A stretch of 64,000 nt of DNA from an uncultured archaeon (GTDB lineage Archaea; Micrarchaeota; Micrarchaeia; Micrarchaeales; CABMGC01): the NCBI GenBank assembly GCA_963787445.1, contig CAWBCT010000005.1:512001-576000 (forward strand), given 5' to 3'. The translations under genes and the position numbers were made by a program. This document shows positions 1 through 9,910 of this stretch, in pieces. Position 1 is the stretch's first letter. Each line of letters opens with the position of its first letter. Below the pieces are notes generated by a model, which worked only from the letters and a program-made list of their open reading frames with translations, was not told where the DNA came from and did no database searches.

Positions 1-936
1 CTGAAGGTGCTTCTTCTTCCCTGCCGCTTCCGCGGCCGCGAAGGTGGGCACAAGGACGTTGCTCATGGTTGAGTAAAGCACAGCCATCAGGCTTATCCCC
101 TTCAATGCCACCCCATAGTTTCCCAATATCGTAGTGCTTACAAAAAAACCAAGAAACAAGATGGAAAAGTTCTGCGTTGCGACATTAAGCACGCTGTTGG
201 CACCCAACGGGGCGGCAAAGTTGAACGCCTCGCAAAACTCCTGCCAGGACGGAAGCCTGGCCCTGAAGCCCGAGAACGCCCGCGCAGCCTTGAACATGTA
301 TGCCACTGCGACGATGGTCCCTACCACATACCCGATAAGCATTGCCACTATCGCGCCGTTGAGCCCGTATCCTGCCAGCAGCAGCGTGACTATCAGGACC
401 AGCTGCACAATGTCTATCAGTATCGTTGTCAATGCGGCTTCAAATGGCTTGGAGAAGCCGATGAGGCCTCCAACCGTGCTGTTCTGCACCATCAGGAAGA
501 AGATGGTCAGGGAGGCGAGAACCAAGCTGGTAGTCGTAATTCCCACGCTTGTGAACAAGACCGTCGCTGCGTAGCCGCTCAAGACCACTGCGACCAGCGT
601 AAGTATGACAGCCATCACGAGCAGAACGCCATAGCCTGATGCTATCGTCCGCGTTATGCCTTTTGCATCCTTGTTATAGGCGTACTTTGAGAGGTTCTTC
701 CCGAACCAGGAGGCTATCCCGAAGTTGCCCGAAGCGCTCAGCAGCCCGGAGAAGCCGAATGCGAACACAAAAAGGCCGTAGGTGCCGGGCCCGAGCATGC
801 GCGTGAGCACAACGAAGCTGCCAACGGTTATCAGGATGTTGAACAGCTGGCCCACGTAAAGCAGCGAGAGCGAGCGTGCGGTTGTGCTCCCAAGCCTTTG
901 CCCACCAGCTCTTTTACGGTCCATCGATCCACGCAT
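1..936 (-). CDS. Oligosaccharide flippase (Wzx/MOP family), truncated by window edge
   Basis: Not in the ORF track. Manual translation gives M(RGSM)DRKRAGGQRLGSTTARSLSLLYVGQLFNILITVGSFVVLTRMLGPGTYGLFVFAF; the 'TRxLGPxxYG' motif and multiple TM helices are typical of Wzx. Start is 936 or 924. Confidence 0.8.
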   Translation of the reverse strand, partial: MRGSMDRKRAGGQRLGSTTARSLSLLYVGQLFNILITVGSFVVLTRMLGPGTYGLFVFAFGFSGLLSASGNFGIASWFGKNLSKYAYNKDAKGITRTIASGYGVLLVMAVILTLVAVVLSGYAATVLFTSVGITTTSLVLASLTIFFLMVQNSTVGGLIGFSKPFEAALTTILIDIVQLVLIVTLLLAGYGLNGAIVAMLIGYVVGTIVAVAYMFKAARAFSGFRARLPSWQEFCEAFNFAAPLGANSVLNVATQNFSILFLGFFVSTTILGNYGVALKGISLMAVLYSTMSNVLVPTFAAAEAAGKKKHLQ

Positions 937-1019
937 TAACGCCGAACATCTCGCTATCTTTTTATTCTTTATCATGCACAACTATTTATAAAGTTGCACT
1001 GTCACTTTTGGCTGTTCAA

Positions 1020-3287
1020 ATGAAGCTTGACCTAAACTCCGCCCGCGCCTTTGTGCATAAGCACAGGGAGTACTTCATCGCCTCGGCGATCTACCTGGTC
1101 ATAGCACTGATAATGTTCTGGAACATCACCGCGAACATCGCCGGCAGCGTGGTCAACGGCGGCGGAGACGTGTACCAGAGCCTCTGGGGGCTGTGGTGGG
1201 TGCCCTTCTCCACGTTCGTCCTCCACCAGTCCGCCTACTTTACCAGTTATATACTGTATCCTGTGGGCGCAAACCTCGTCAGCCAGACCATGGTGCCCCT
1301 GGCCGGCATCCTCACGGCACCGCTGCAGGTCGCGGGACTGGCCTTCACCTACAACTTCCTTCTCTTCACCAGCTTCATGCTCTCCGGACTGTTCATGTAC
1401 ATGTTGGCAAAGTACCTTACCAAGAACATGTACGCCGCCTTCATAGCAGGACTGATCTTCGCCTTCAGCCCCATGCACATAGCCCAGTCCTACTCCCACC
1501 TGCAGTGGACGATAATAGAGTTCATCCCACTCTTCACCCTCTTCTTCCTGATGGCGCTCCGGGAGCACAGGAAGAGATACGCGATACTCGCAGGAATCAG
1601 CTTCGTGCTGCTGACCTTTGCAGGCGACATAGAACAGGGGATCATGATGGTCTTCTTTGTACTGGTCAGCCTCGTCCTACTCCTGATACTTGACCGGAAG
1701 GAGGTGCTCAACAGAAAGTCAATCAAAAACCTTGTAATAATGGCGGGCGTTGCCATCGTGCTGAGCCTCCCGTTCCTGCTCCCGATACTGAGCAGCTTCA
1801 CCTCCTCAACCCTGAACAACGCCAACCAGCTCACCGACACGGCCCACAACCTACTCTACAGCGCAAACATCTACTCCTTCCTCCTCCCAAGCTACTACAA
1901 CGGCCTCTTCCACGGGCTCTCCCTGGGCTACTACAACCAGACCTACGGCCTGGTCTACCTGGGCAGCCAGTACTCGCCCGACGCCACCGAGAAGATAGCG
2001 TATCTGGGCTACAGCGTCCTTATCCTTGGCATCATCGGTCTTTTTGCCTGCCTAAAGAAGAACAGGAAGCAGGCAATCTTCTGGTCTGCGATATTCGTGA
2101 TATTCGTCCTCATGGCACTCGGCCCGCTGATCCAGCTCTCGGGCACCGCCGTATCAGGAATACCCTCCCTGTACGCGCTTTACAAGAACATACCCCTCTT
2201 CAACCTTATCCGCGAGCCCGGGCGGTTTGATGTGATAGTGACCCTGGCCCTCGCGATCTTCGCGGCCCTGGGGGTAGAGAAGCTCTACGAGTCAAACCAC
2301 GCGAACAAGAACTGGATGCTCTACGTCGCGGCCATCGCCATAATAATCCTTATAGAGTACAACGGGATGCCGCTCTCCGCCAGCTTCGCAAACTCGCTGA
2401 CCGCCCCGGCAACCATCCCGCTCGCCTACTCGCAAATAGGCAAGGTCAATACAAACTTCACGATCCTGAACCTGCCGGCCCTGCCCAACGCGACCGGAAG
2501 CTATCTCTATCCGGGAGTGTCGATGTTCTACGGGACCGCGGCGCGGAAACCAGTTGTAGGAGGCTATGCGACGCGCATGAACGCAACGCAGGAGGCGAGC
2601 CTGGAGAACATACCCCTGATAGTCTCGTCAAGCTACCTGCAGGACGGGCAGGGCCTGGTCTTCCCGTACCCTATACACGAGAACTACACGGCCCTCACCA
2701 CCCTCTGGCTCACGGAGTACAACGTGGGCTTCGTCTCTGTCCTAAAGAGCGCCTACACCCCTACCGAGTTTGGCCTCCTTGAGAGCTACCTGGACAGCTT
2801 CCTGGGCAGCCCGATCTACCAGGACAACAACGTCACCATCTTCTCCACGACAGCCGCCTCCGCCGGCGCGGGCAAGACACTAACCTCCTATGCGGTCGGC
2901 ACCTGGCTGCCAGGATACACGTTCTGCTCAGGCTCGTCCTACTGCAACCCACAGCTGGGCACCGCCTGGTGGGGAGACAACCTGCGCGCCGTCACCATCT
3001 TCTCACCGCAGGCACAGAACGTGACCATGCAGCTGGTAGGGCTTTCCTACTACCCTCTTGCACCGGTCTCCGTGTACGACAACGGCAAGCTTCTGACCAC
3101 GCTGAACTTCACCAACGAGACCGCCACGAACGCGACCTACAGCCTCAACGTGGGCCTTGCCTACGGCTTCAACCAGGTCGAGTTCTACGAGTCAAACCAG
3201 ACCCTTTACCAGCAGAACCCCTACTATGCCGAGAACCCCTACATCAACTACGGCATAAGGAACATAACCTTCCTCAAAACCGGCTAA
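1020..3287 (+). CDS. Multi-pass membrane glycosyltransferase-like protein (GT-C/YfhO-like)
   Basis: N-terminal GGGDVYQ loop, about 12 TM helices, IREPGRF motif, extracellular C-terminal domain with many NxS/T sequons; divergent from the flippase. ATG at 1020 preferred over 876. Confidence 0.65.
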   Translation: MKLDLNSARAFVHKHREYFIASAIYLVIALIMFWNITANIAGSVVNGGGDVYQSLWGLWWVPFSTFVLHQSAYFTSYILYPVGANLVSQTMVPLAGILTAPLQVAGLAFTYNFLLFTSFMLSGLFMYMLAKYLTKNMYAAFIAGLIFAFSPMHIAQSYSHLQWTIIEFIPLFTLFFLMALREHRKRYAILAGISFVLLTFAGDIEQGIMMVFFVLVSLVLLLILDRKEVLNRKSIKNLVIMAGVAIVLSLPFLLPILSSFTSSTLNNANQLTDTAHNLLYSANIYSFLLPSYYNGLFHGLSLGYYNQTYGLVYLGSQYSPDATEKIAYLGYSVLILGIIGLFACLKKNRKQAIFWSAIFVIFVLMALGPLIQLSGTAVSGIPSLYALYKNIPLFNLIREPGRFDVIVTLALAIFAALGVEKLYESNHANKNWMLYVAAIAIIILIEYNGMPLSASFANSLTAPATIPLAYSQIGKVNTNFTILNLPALPNATGSYLYPGVSMFYGTAARKPVVGGYATRMNATQEASLENIPLIVSSSYLQDGQGLVFPYPIHENYTALTTLWLTEYNVGFVSVLKSAYTPTEFGLLESYLDSFLGSPIYQDNNVTIFSTTAASAGAGKTLTSYAVGTWLPGYTFCSGSSYCNPQLGTAWWGDNLRAVTIFSPQAQNVTMQLVGLSYYPLAPVSVYDNGKLLTTLNFTNETATNATYSLNVGLAYGFNQVEFYESNQTLYQQNPYYAENPYINYGIRNITFLKTG

Positions 3288-3429
3288 AGGTCAAGGAGCC
3301 AGGCCGATGGCCCAATACCCAATTTGATACCGCTTTTTGTACCTTACCTGGTTTTACTCTCGGAAAAAGATACCAGAAGCGTCCGAATTAACAGAGAACC
3401 TTTAAATAGTTTTCTAACCTGTGTTCTAA

Positions 3430-3687
3430 TTGGGGAAGACCATGGGGATAGAAGAACTAGTGGAAGGGAAGATGTATGACCTGCACCTTGACGCAAGGAA
3501 CCCGAAAGGGGAAGGGATCGGCCACATAAATGATGTGGTCGTACTGGTGCGGAACGCAAATGCGCGCATAGGCAAGACGCACAAGGTGCGCATTACCAAG
3601 TTGCACCGCACATTCGCCTACGCCGAGCTGGACGACTCGGCGCCGGGCAGCAAGTATTTTATAGGTAATGGTAGCTTATTAGTATAA
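3430..3687 (+). CDS. Single TRAM-domain RNA-binding protein
   Basis: GEGIGHINDVVVLVRNA...VRITKLHRTFAYAE TRAM signature. Confidence 0.8.
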   Translation: MGKTMGIEELVEGKMYDLHLDARNPKGEGIGHINDVVVLVRNANARIGKTHKVRITKLHRTFAYAELDDSAPGSKYFIGNGSLLV

Positions 3688-3829
3688 GGCAATTTGTTTT
3701 TTCGCTTTTTGCCATTTTTTGATTTAGCCGAGGGAGCCTGAAGGGATTCCAAAGGCTGGTTTACAAAAAGTTGCTCAAAAGATTTTATAAAAACACAATT
3801 TTCGCGTTTAAAAATGACCAGTTGATTTT

Positions 3830-4477
3830 ATGAGTTCTACAAACTACAGCAAAGAGATCTCAGATGCTATAAAGCACGGAACCACGACCATCGCCCTGGT
3901 CTGCAACGACGGCGTTGTGCTGGGCTCGGACTTCCGCGCATCAGGCGGCACCTATATTTTCAGCTCAGAAGCGGTAAAGATACACAAGATAGACGAGCAC
4001 CTGGGCATGACCATAGCAGGCGGCGTGGGAGACGCGGAGTACCTGGTCAAGGTGCTCAAGATGCAGAGCGAGATCTACAAGATGGACGAGAACAAGCCGA
4101 TGTCGCCAAGGTCTGCAACATCAGTTCTTGCCCTAATCATGCAGGAGAACAAGATGTTCCCCTATTACGTTGAACTGATAGTCGGAGGCCTGAACAAGGG
4201 CGTGCCGGAGATATTCAGCATAGACCCTGTGGGAGGCTATCTAAAGGAGTCAAAGTTCACGGCGACCGGCAGCGGGTCCATTGCGGCTATAGGTTACATA
4301 GAAGGCGCGTACCAGGAAGGGATGAGCACGGCAGAGGGTGCAAAGCACGTTGCAAAGGGACTGAAGATAGCGATGAAGCGCGACTCAGCAACCGGGGACG
4401 GCGTAAGATTAGTTGCGATAACGAAGAAGGGATACAAGGAGTACGCAAAGGATGACATAGAGAAGCTCCTGAAGTAA
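3830..4477 (+). CDS. psmB: Proteasome subunit beta
   Basis: Propeptide then HG|TTTIAL, catalytic Thr; ATGSGS; KRDSATGDG; adjacent to aCPSF1 as is conserved in archaea. Confidence 0.95.
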   Translation: MSSTNYSKEISDAIKHGTTTIALVCNDGVVLGSDFRASGGTYIFSSEAVKIHKIDEHLGMTIAGGVGDAEYLVKVLKMQSEIYKMDENKPMSPRSATSVLALIMQENKMFPYYVELIVGGLNKGVPEIFSIDPVGGYLKESKFTATGSGSIAAIGYIEGAYQEGMSTAEGAKHVAKGLKIAMKRDSATGDGVRLVAITKKGYKEYAKDDIEKLLK

Positions 4478-4529
4478 CTCCAAAGCGACCATAATCGGAT
4501 AGCATAATTACATGCAGAATTAATTCTAA

Positions 4530-6479
4530 GTGATACAATTGGATAGCGAGATTCCGGAAAGAAAAGACACCAAGGAGAAGATAAAGGAGCTCATGCCGCA
4601 CGAGGCAGAGCTTTCTGAGATAGAGTTCGAAGGGCCCGACGTGGCGGTCTACGTGAGGAACATAGCCCATGTCTACGCGGACGAGAGCATAATAAAGAAC
4701 ATCTCGGCGGCGATAAAGAAGAGACTCATAGTGCGCAGCGACCCGCGCGACCTGACCGACGAGGAGACAGCGCTGAAGAAGATAATCGCGATAATACCCC
4801 CTGATGCCGGCGTGACAGAGGAGGGGATACACTTCGATAAGGAGTTCTCGCAGGTTGTAATAGAGGCGATGAAGCCCGGCCTCGTAATCGGCAAGGGCGG
4901 CTCGACGCTGATAAAGATAATATCGGAGACCAACTGGGTCCCGAAAGTGCTCCGCATCCCGACCATGTCCAGCGACGTGATAAAGGGAGTAAGACAGCTC
5001 ATGCTCCGTGAGAGCGAGTTCCGAAAGAAGTTTTTGGTGGGGGTGGGCAAGAAGATCAACCAGCCCATGGTGAAGAGCGAGTGGCTGAAGGCCACGGCGC
5101 TTGGAGGCTTCAGAGAAGTAGGAAGAAGCTGCCTATTGCTTGAAACCAACCATTCAAAGATACTGGTTGACTGCGGCATTAGCCCAGAGCCGGGGGTAAA
5201 AGGCATGGATCAGGCTGCCGGAGAAAACAAGGCCTTCCCGTACCTTGACAGCGCAAACCTTACAATTAACGACCTTGATGCGGTGGTTCTGACCCACGCA
5301 CACATGGACCACATCGGTTTCGTCCCATACCTGTTCAAGTTCGGATACAAGGGGCCGGTCTACTGCACACCGCCATCACGTGATCTCGCAGCACTGCTTC
5401 TTTACGATTACACAAAGCTGGTGATGCGAACAGGAGGTACGCCGCTTTACGGAGAGAAGGACATCAAGACAATGCTCATGCACATGGTTACCCGCGACTA
5501 CGGTGAGGTAACCAACATAACCGATGAGATCAAGCTTACTTACCACAATGCGGGCCACGTCCTGGGCAGCGGCATAGTACACCTGCACGTTGGAGAGGGA
5601 ATGTACAACATCGTTCACACAGGCGATATGAAGTACGGCTTCACAAGATTGTTTGACCAGGCCGACACAAGATATCCCCGCATTGACGCCCTATTCATGG
5701 AGAGCACCTATGGGGGACCCCGCGACATAGGCCACGAAAGACAGAGCACAGAAACCGAGCTGATGGAGCTTGTGAAGCGCACAACAGACAATGGAGGAAA
5801 GGTCCTCATACCCCTATTTGCGGTAGGCCGTGCCCAGGAGATGCAGCTGGTGATGGAGCAGTACATGTCCAACAACAAGAGCTACAAGGTGGAGGCACCG
5901 GTCTTCCTGGACGGAATGATACTCGAGGCGAGCGCCATACACACCGCCTATCCCGAGTACCTGAAGATGAGCCTCAGGCACCGCATACTTAACAACAACT
6001 CCCCGTTCGAGAGCGAGATCTTCGAGATAGCCAAGGGAGAGCGCAGCGAGATAATGGAGAAGGGACCGGCCGTAATACTCGCCAGCGGCGGCATGATGAA
6101 CGGCGGAGTCAGCCTGGAATACTTCAAGGCCCTTGCAGAGGACCCGAAGAACCTCCTTGTCTTCGTAGGTTTCAACAGCGCCGGCTCTTTCGGAAGGCGC
6201 CTGCAGAACGGCCTTGCCGAGACTGCACTTCCAGGACCGGATGGAAAACTTGAGCAGATCAAGATTAACATGCAGATAAAGACGATAGACGGCTTCTCGG
6301 GCCACAGCGACCGGGTCCAGTTGCTCAAGTTCGTGGAGAACCTGCGGCCTTCTGTGCGAAAGATATACACCATGCACGGGGAGGAGAGCAAGTGCGATGA
6401 CCTGGCGCGCACGCTGAGCAACCGATTCAGATTAGAGGCCCGTTCTCCAATGGACCTTGACAGCATACGGTTTAAGTAA
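4530..6479 (+). CDS. fttA: Beta-CASP ribonuclease aCPSF1 / transcription termination factor
   Basis: N-terminal KH domains (KPGLVIGKGG), LGGFREVGRS, THAHMDH, AGHVLGS, MESTYGG, GFSGHSD. Confidence 0.95.
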   Translation: MIQLDSEIPERKDTKEKIKELMPHEAELSEIEFEGPDVAVYVRNIAHVYADESIIKNISAAIKKRLIVRSDPRDLTDEETALKKIIAIIPPDAGVTEEGIHFDKEFSQVVIEAMKPGLVIGKGGSTLIKIISETNWVPKVLRIPTMSSDVIKGVRQLMLRESEFRKKFLVGVGKKINQPMVKSEWLKATALGGFREVGRSCLLLETNHSKILVDCGISPEPGVKGMDQAAGENKAFPYLDSANLTINDLDAVVLTHAHMDHIGFVPYLFKFGYKGPVYCTPPSRDLAALLLYDYTKLVMRTGGTPLYGEKDIKTMLMHMVTRDYGEVTNITDEIKLTYHNAGHVLGSGIVHLHVGEGMYNIVHTGDMKYGFTRLFDQADTRYPRIDALFMESTYGGPRDIGHERQSTETELMELVKRTTDNGGKVLIPLFAVGRAQEMQLVMEQYMSNNKSYKVEAPVFLDGMILEASAIHTAYPEYLKMSLRHRILNNNSPFESEIFEIAKGERSEIMEKGPAVILASGGMMNGGVSLEYFKALAEDPKNLLVFVGFNSAGSFGRRLQNGLAETALPGPDGKLEQIKINMQIKTIDGFSGHSDRVQLLKFVENLRPSVRKIYTMHGEESKCDDLARTLSNRFRLEARSPMDLDSIRFK

Positions 6480-6482
6480 TGG

Positions 6483-6680
6483 CTAATCGCGGAAGTGCAG
6501 TTCTGTGTGGTTTCTTAGGCCGGCAAGCTCCTGTTCTGTAAGATGAGCCTCCCAGCGCGCCAGGCCTGCAAGGTCAGAACTGGATGGTTGTTTCCGCATG
6601 CTCCCAAGGAAGGGATCCAGGGATGGCCTAACGACTTCTTTCGGTTTTGATACTTTCTCTTTAGGAGCAACATTGCCCAT
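6483..6680 (-). CDS. Small hypothetical protein (65 aa)
   Basis: ORF preceded by a GGTGA RBS; fills the intergenic gap; no recognisable motif. Confidence 0.45.
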   Translation of the reverse strand: MGNVAPKEKVSKPKEVVRPSLDPFLGSMRKQPSSSDLAGLARWEAHLTEQELAGLRNHTELHFRD

Positions 6681-6750
6681 AATTTCACCGAGAATCCTTA
6701 TCTCCCTTCGGATTTTTAAAAGTTATGTACGGAAGGCGTTACCTCTGCAC

Positions 6751-8118
6751 TCACTTTCCCCAGAAGCAGCGGATCGTGTCGCTTGTGCCGTTGCGGCCGG
6801 CGTGCCCGAAGACGATCATGTAGGACTTGACCTCCAACTTCTTCGCCTTCTCGGCTACGAAAGTGTCTATCTGCTTCTCCTTCCTGAATGCGGGCATGTC
6901 CACGCCCTTTATCCCGTAATGCAACGCCATCGAGCGGCGGAGCTCCGGAACATTCGAGAGAACAATTATCGCAGACCTTGGCCTGAGGCCTGAAAGGGTC
7001 TTTGCCGTGTTGCCCGTCCAGGTGGGTATGAAGATGCAGTCCATGGCGCAGCTGAACGAGATGCTCGCGGCAGCCACCGCCATCCCGTCGTGGCCTATTA
7101 TCTCCTCCCTGGGCTCGAGCTCCGGGTTCGAGATCTTCCCCTGGGTGTAAGCGGCGATGCTCGAAAGGGCCTGCACCGCGTCCAGCGGATATGCTCCGAC
7201 AGAGGTCTCATCGCTGAGCATCAAACAGTCAACCCGTGTCCTAACCGCGTTTGAGATGTCCGTCATCTCGGCACGGGTGGGCGTTTGATTCCTTGTCATG
7301 CTATCCAGCATCTGCGTCGCCACTATGACTGGCGTGTGCGTCTTCCTGCAGACGTTTATTATGTCATCCTGCACAATGGGGACCTGCTGGAAGTCGATGC
7401 TTAGCGCCATATCCCCGCGCGCTATCATCACGCCGTCCGAGGCCCTGGCTATGTTCTCTATGTCATCTATGGCCTCTTTGCGCTCTATCTTTGAGATAAT
7501 CCCCAGTTTGCCCGACGCCTTCCTTGTCTTCCTGACGTCCTGGGCAGAGCTTACGAAAGAGAGCGCCACGAAATCCAGCCTGTTCTTCCTTGCAAACCTT
7601 ATGAACCTTAGGTCCTCTTTCGTAGGTGGTTCTGCATGAACGGTCGCGCCCTTTACGTTTATCCCCTTCCTGCTCCCAATCCTGCCGTCCTGCAAGGCCT
7701 CGCATACGATCTTGCCGTTTCTCAACCTCTTGACAATCAAGGTAGGGTTGCCGTCCCCTATGGAGATCTCAGCGCCGACCTTCATCCCCTTGTAAATGTC
7801 AATCTCTATGGGAATGTCGCTGCCCGCCGCCCTATTCTCTTTGGCGAAGATAACCGTGTCGCCCTTGTTTATGTTGATATCCGCATCCAGCTTCGCAACC
7901 CGGACCTTCGGCCCCGGCAGGTCGCCGATTATGGCGATGTCCTTATCCAGCCTCTTTGCGACCTTGCGGATCTTCTTTATCGCCGCCAGCTTTTCGGCAA
8001 GGACGCCGTGGGAGAAGTTGAGCCTGACTATGTCCACGTACTTCAGGACCTCCACCAGCTTCTTTTCATCGTCTATGCTCGGCCCGTAGGTTGCGATAAT
8101 CTTAGTTCTAAGCACCAA
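6751..8118 (-). CDS. pyk: Pyruvate kinase
   Basis: RTKIIATYGPS, RLNFSHG, DLPGPK, MIARGD, ATQMLDSM, PTRAE, MLSDET. Confidence 0.95.
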   Translation of the reverse strand: MVLRTKIIATYGPSIDDEKKLVEVLKYVDIVRLNFSHGVLAEKLAAIKKIRKVAKRLDKDIAIIGDLPGPKVRVAKLDADININKGDTVIFAKENRAAGSDIPIEIDIYKGMKVGAEISIGDGNPTLIVKRLRNGKIVCEALQDGRIGSRKGINVKGATVHAEPPTKEDLRFIRFARKNRLDFVALSFVSSAQDVRKTRKASGKLGIISKIERKEAIDDIENIARASDGVMIARGDMALSIDFQQVPIVQDDIINVCRKTHTPVIVATQMLDSMTRNQTPTRAEMTDISNAVRTRVDCLMLSDETSVGAYPLDAVQALSSIAAYTQGKISNPELEPREEIIGHDGMAVAAASISFSCAMDCIFIPTWTGNTAKTLSGLRPRSAIIVLSNVPELRRSMALHYGIKGVDMPAFRKEKQIDTFVAEKAKKLEVKSYMIVFGHAGRNGTSDTIRCFWGK

Positions 8119-8212
8119 ATCGTATAACTGCTTGTTTGGATGCTTATAGCCTTTTCTACAGACTCGTCATTAGACTTACATCTGAGTTCTGCAGTTGAAA
8201 GCTGTGAAAGGA

Positions 8213-8245
8213 AAAGTTAAAAAAGAAAATAAAAGAAAAAATAAT
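8213..8245 (-). terminator. Oligo-U archaeal terminator downstream of the TRAM gene
   Basis: A-run on + strand (T-run on -) just after the 8272 stop. Confidence 0.5.
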
Positions 8246-8271
8246 CGAAAATCAGCGTTTACGCCCTAGCT

Positions 8272-8589
8272 TTACAGCTTCTCTCCTATCGCGAAGCGTG
8301 CGCGTACTTCGGTAATCTTGACCTTGACGGTGTCGCCCTGCTTCGCATCCTTCACGAAGATGACGTATCCGTCTTTCTTTGCGATGCCGTCTCCCTTCGA
8401 AGCTGTTGCCTCTATGGTGAGATCCATCTCATCGCCTACCTTTACCGGCTTAGGCAGGAAGTAATTCGGCTTCATGCTTGAGCCACGGTCTCCTCGATCG
8501 CGTCCGCCGCCTGAGCCTCTGTCTCCTCCATACCTGTCTTCTCTTCCGCTACTTCTTCCAAATCCTTCTTCTTCTGACATGTTGTTCAC
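8272..8589 (-). CDS. TRAM-domain RNA chaperone with R/G/D-rich N-terminal tail
   Basis: PKPVKVGDEMDLTIEA..KGDGIAKKDGYVIFV...VKVKITEVRARFAIGE. Confidence 0.9.
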   Translation of the reverse strand: MNNMSEEEGFGRSSGREDRYGGDRGSGGGRDRGDRGSSMKPNYFLPKPVKVGDEMDLTIEATASKGDGIAKKDGYVIFVKDAKQGDTVKVKITEVRARFAIGEKL

Positions 8590-8727
8590 TTTTGTAGAAT
8601 AAGCTGTTCGCTTTACTCTGATATCATTTATGTGTTTATCCTTTATAATCCTATCGGTTTGTCGTCTTTAACGGGAAGATGCAAAGCTACGCTCATGCGT
8701 AGCCTGCACCGTCAGTTCGAGCTTCAA

Positions 8728-9027
8728 TTATCCGAATAAGCTCGCCAGTCCGCCTGCCGCTTGCTCTTCGCTGACCTTCTCCTCAACGACTACCTCCTTC
8801 TTTGCCTCAGCCTTGCCGGCTGCTGCTGGAGCTGCGACTGCTACCTGAGCTGTCTGGGCGTGCTTTATCACATCCTTGATGTTCACACCCTTCAGGGAGC
8901 TGACTACTGCCTTGGCCATCGCTTTGTCAACCTCGATGCCAGCAGCCTTGACGATGCCTTCGAGGCTCGCCTCACTTATCTCTTTTCCTGCCGAATCGAG
9001 CAGGAGAGCGGCGTATATGTATTCCAT
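8728..9027 (-). CDS. rpl12: 50S ribosomal protein L12 (P1/P2 stalk)
   Basis: MEYIYAALLL start, Ala-rich hinge, GLASLFG end. Confidence 0.97.
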   Translation of the reverse strand: MEYIYAALLLDSAGKEISEASLEGIVKAAGIEVDKAMAKAVVSSLKGVNIKDVIKHAQTAQVAVAAPAAAGKAEAKKEVVVEEKVSEEQAAGGLASLFG

Positions 9028-9047
9028 TTTATCACTTCAGTATGAAT

Positions 9048-9902
9048 TTATGATGCCGGTGCGGCTGGCTCCTCCTTCTTTACCATTCCATCCAGGCTCT
9101 TCGCTCCCAGCGCTGCCATCTCTATCAGCTTCTGGGTTACCTCCCCTTCCGGTATCTTGGCCTCTACGCCAACCGCCAGCGCGCCCCTGAAGGCGCGGCC
9201 TATGAAGGTCTCTATGTTGTACTTTGTAACATAATTCATTGCAAGGCTCAGCTCCAAAGCGCTCCTGAAGCTCTTTGCGAGCTCCTCCTGCACGAACGGC
9301 CCGTTGATCTTGAATACCTGCTCCGTGAAGACCAGTCCCGTCTCATCCACCAGGGAGACCAGCTTGCCCTTCGCCTCGAAAGGCGCGATGTCGAGCATCT
9401 TGAGCGCCTTCGAGACCTGGGTGCTTATCTTCGCGCCCTTGGCCACGAGTGTCTTGCCCTTTGAGATTATTACCTTCCCTTTCTGTATCTGAACGTCAAT
9501 TCCTGCAGCCTTCATGTCCGTGACAGCCTGCCCCGGGGCAATGCTCGTCTCTCCCGACTCTATCTTGATGTCCTCAGGCGAGATCTGGTTCGGCTTCGCC
9601 AGCAGCCTTAGCTTGTTTGAACTTATGTGGTTGTAAAGGTCCATCGGGTCCTTGTTCGAGAGCACTATCGCGACGCTTCCCGTTATGTACGGCTGCAGCT
9701 TCTTGAGGGGCTCTGTGTCGGTTATCCTCATGAGCAGGGTCTTCCTTCCGGTTATGACCATCGTGTCCGGCTTCAACCCGTTCCTGATCTTCTGGACGAG
9801 CCGGTCTGGAAGGGCGTCAATGGGCATGACACCGGCGATCTTGTACTTCTTCGCCTCCTTGTGCATCTTTTTGACGTATTCAATCTTTTCAGCCTTGATC
9901 AT
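9048..9902 (-). CDS. rpl10: 50S ribosomal protein L10 (P0)
   Basis: Position between L1 and L12; AKPNQISPEDIKIESGETSIAPG P0 insertion domain. Confidence 0.92.
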   Translation of the reverse strand: MIKAEKIEYVKKMHKEAKKYKIAGVMPIDALPDRLVQKIRNGLKPDTMVITGRKTLLMRITDTEPLKKLQPYITGSVAIVLSNKDPMDLYNHISSNKLRLLAKPNQISPEDIKIESGETSIAPGQAVTDMKAAGIDVQIQKGKVIISKGKTLVAKGAKISTQVSKALKMLDIAPFEAKGKLVSLVDETGLVFTEQVFKINGPFVQEELAKSFRSALELSLAMNYVTKYNIETFIGRAFRGALAVGVEAKIPEGEVTQKLIEMAALGAKSLDGMVKKEEPAAPAS

Positions 9903-9910
9903 AATGACAC

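Noticed and set aside
134-574. 146-aa plus-strand ORF and the many other overlapping or antisense ORFs in the track
   Set aside because: They are shadows of well-supported genes on another frame or strand (here the flippase), as expected with high GC3 codon usage
3721-3765. Hairpin TAGCC...GGCTG followed by ACA as an H/ACA guide RNA
   Set aside because: No convincing K-turn or K-loop and the pocket-to-ACA spacing is doubtful; may be chance or a terminator-associated hairpin
8149-8211. Possible structured leader upstream of pyk
   Set aside because: Pairing is imperfect with several alternatives; cannot be distinguished from chance by eye
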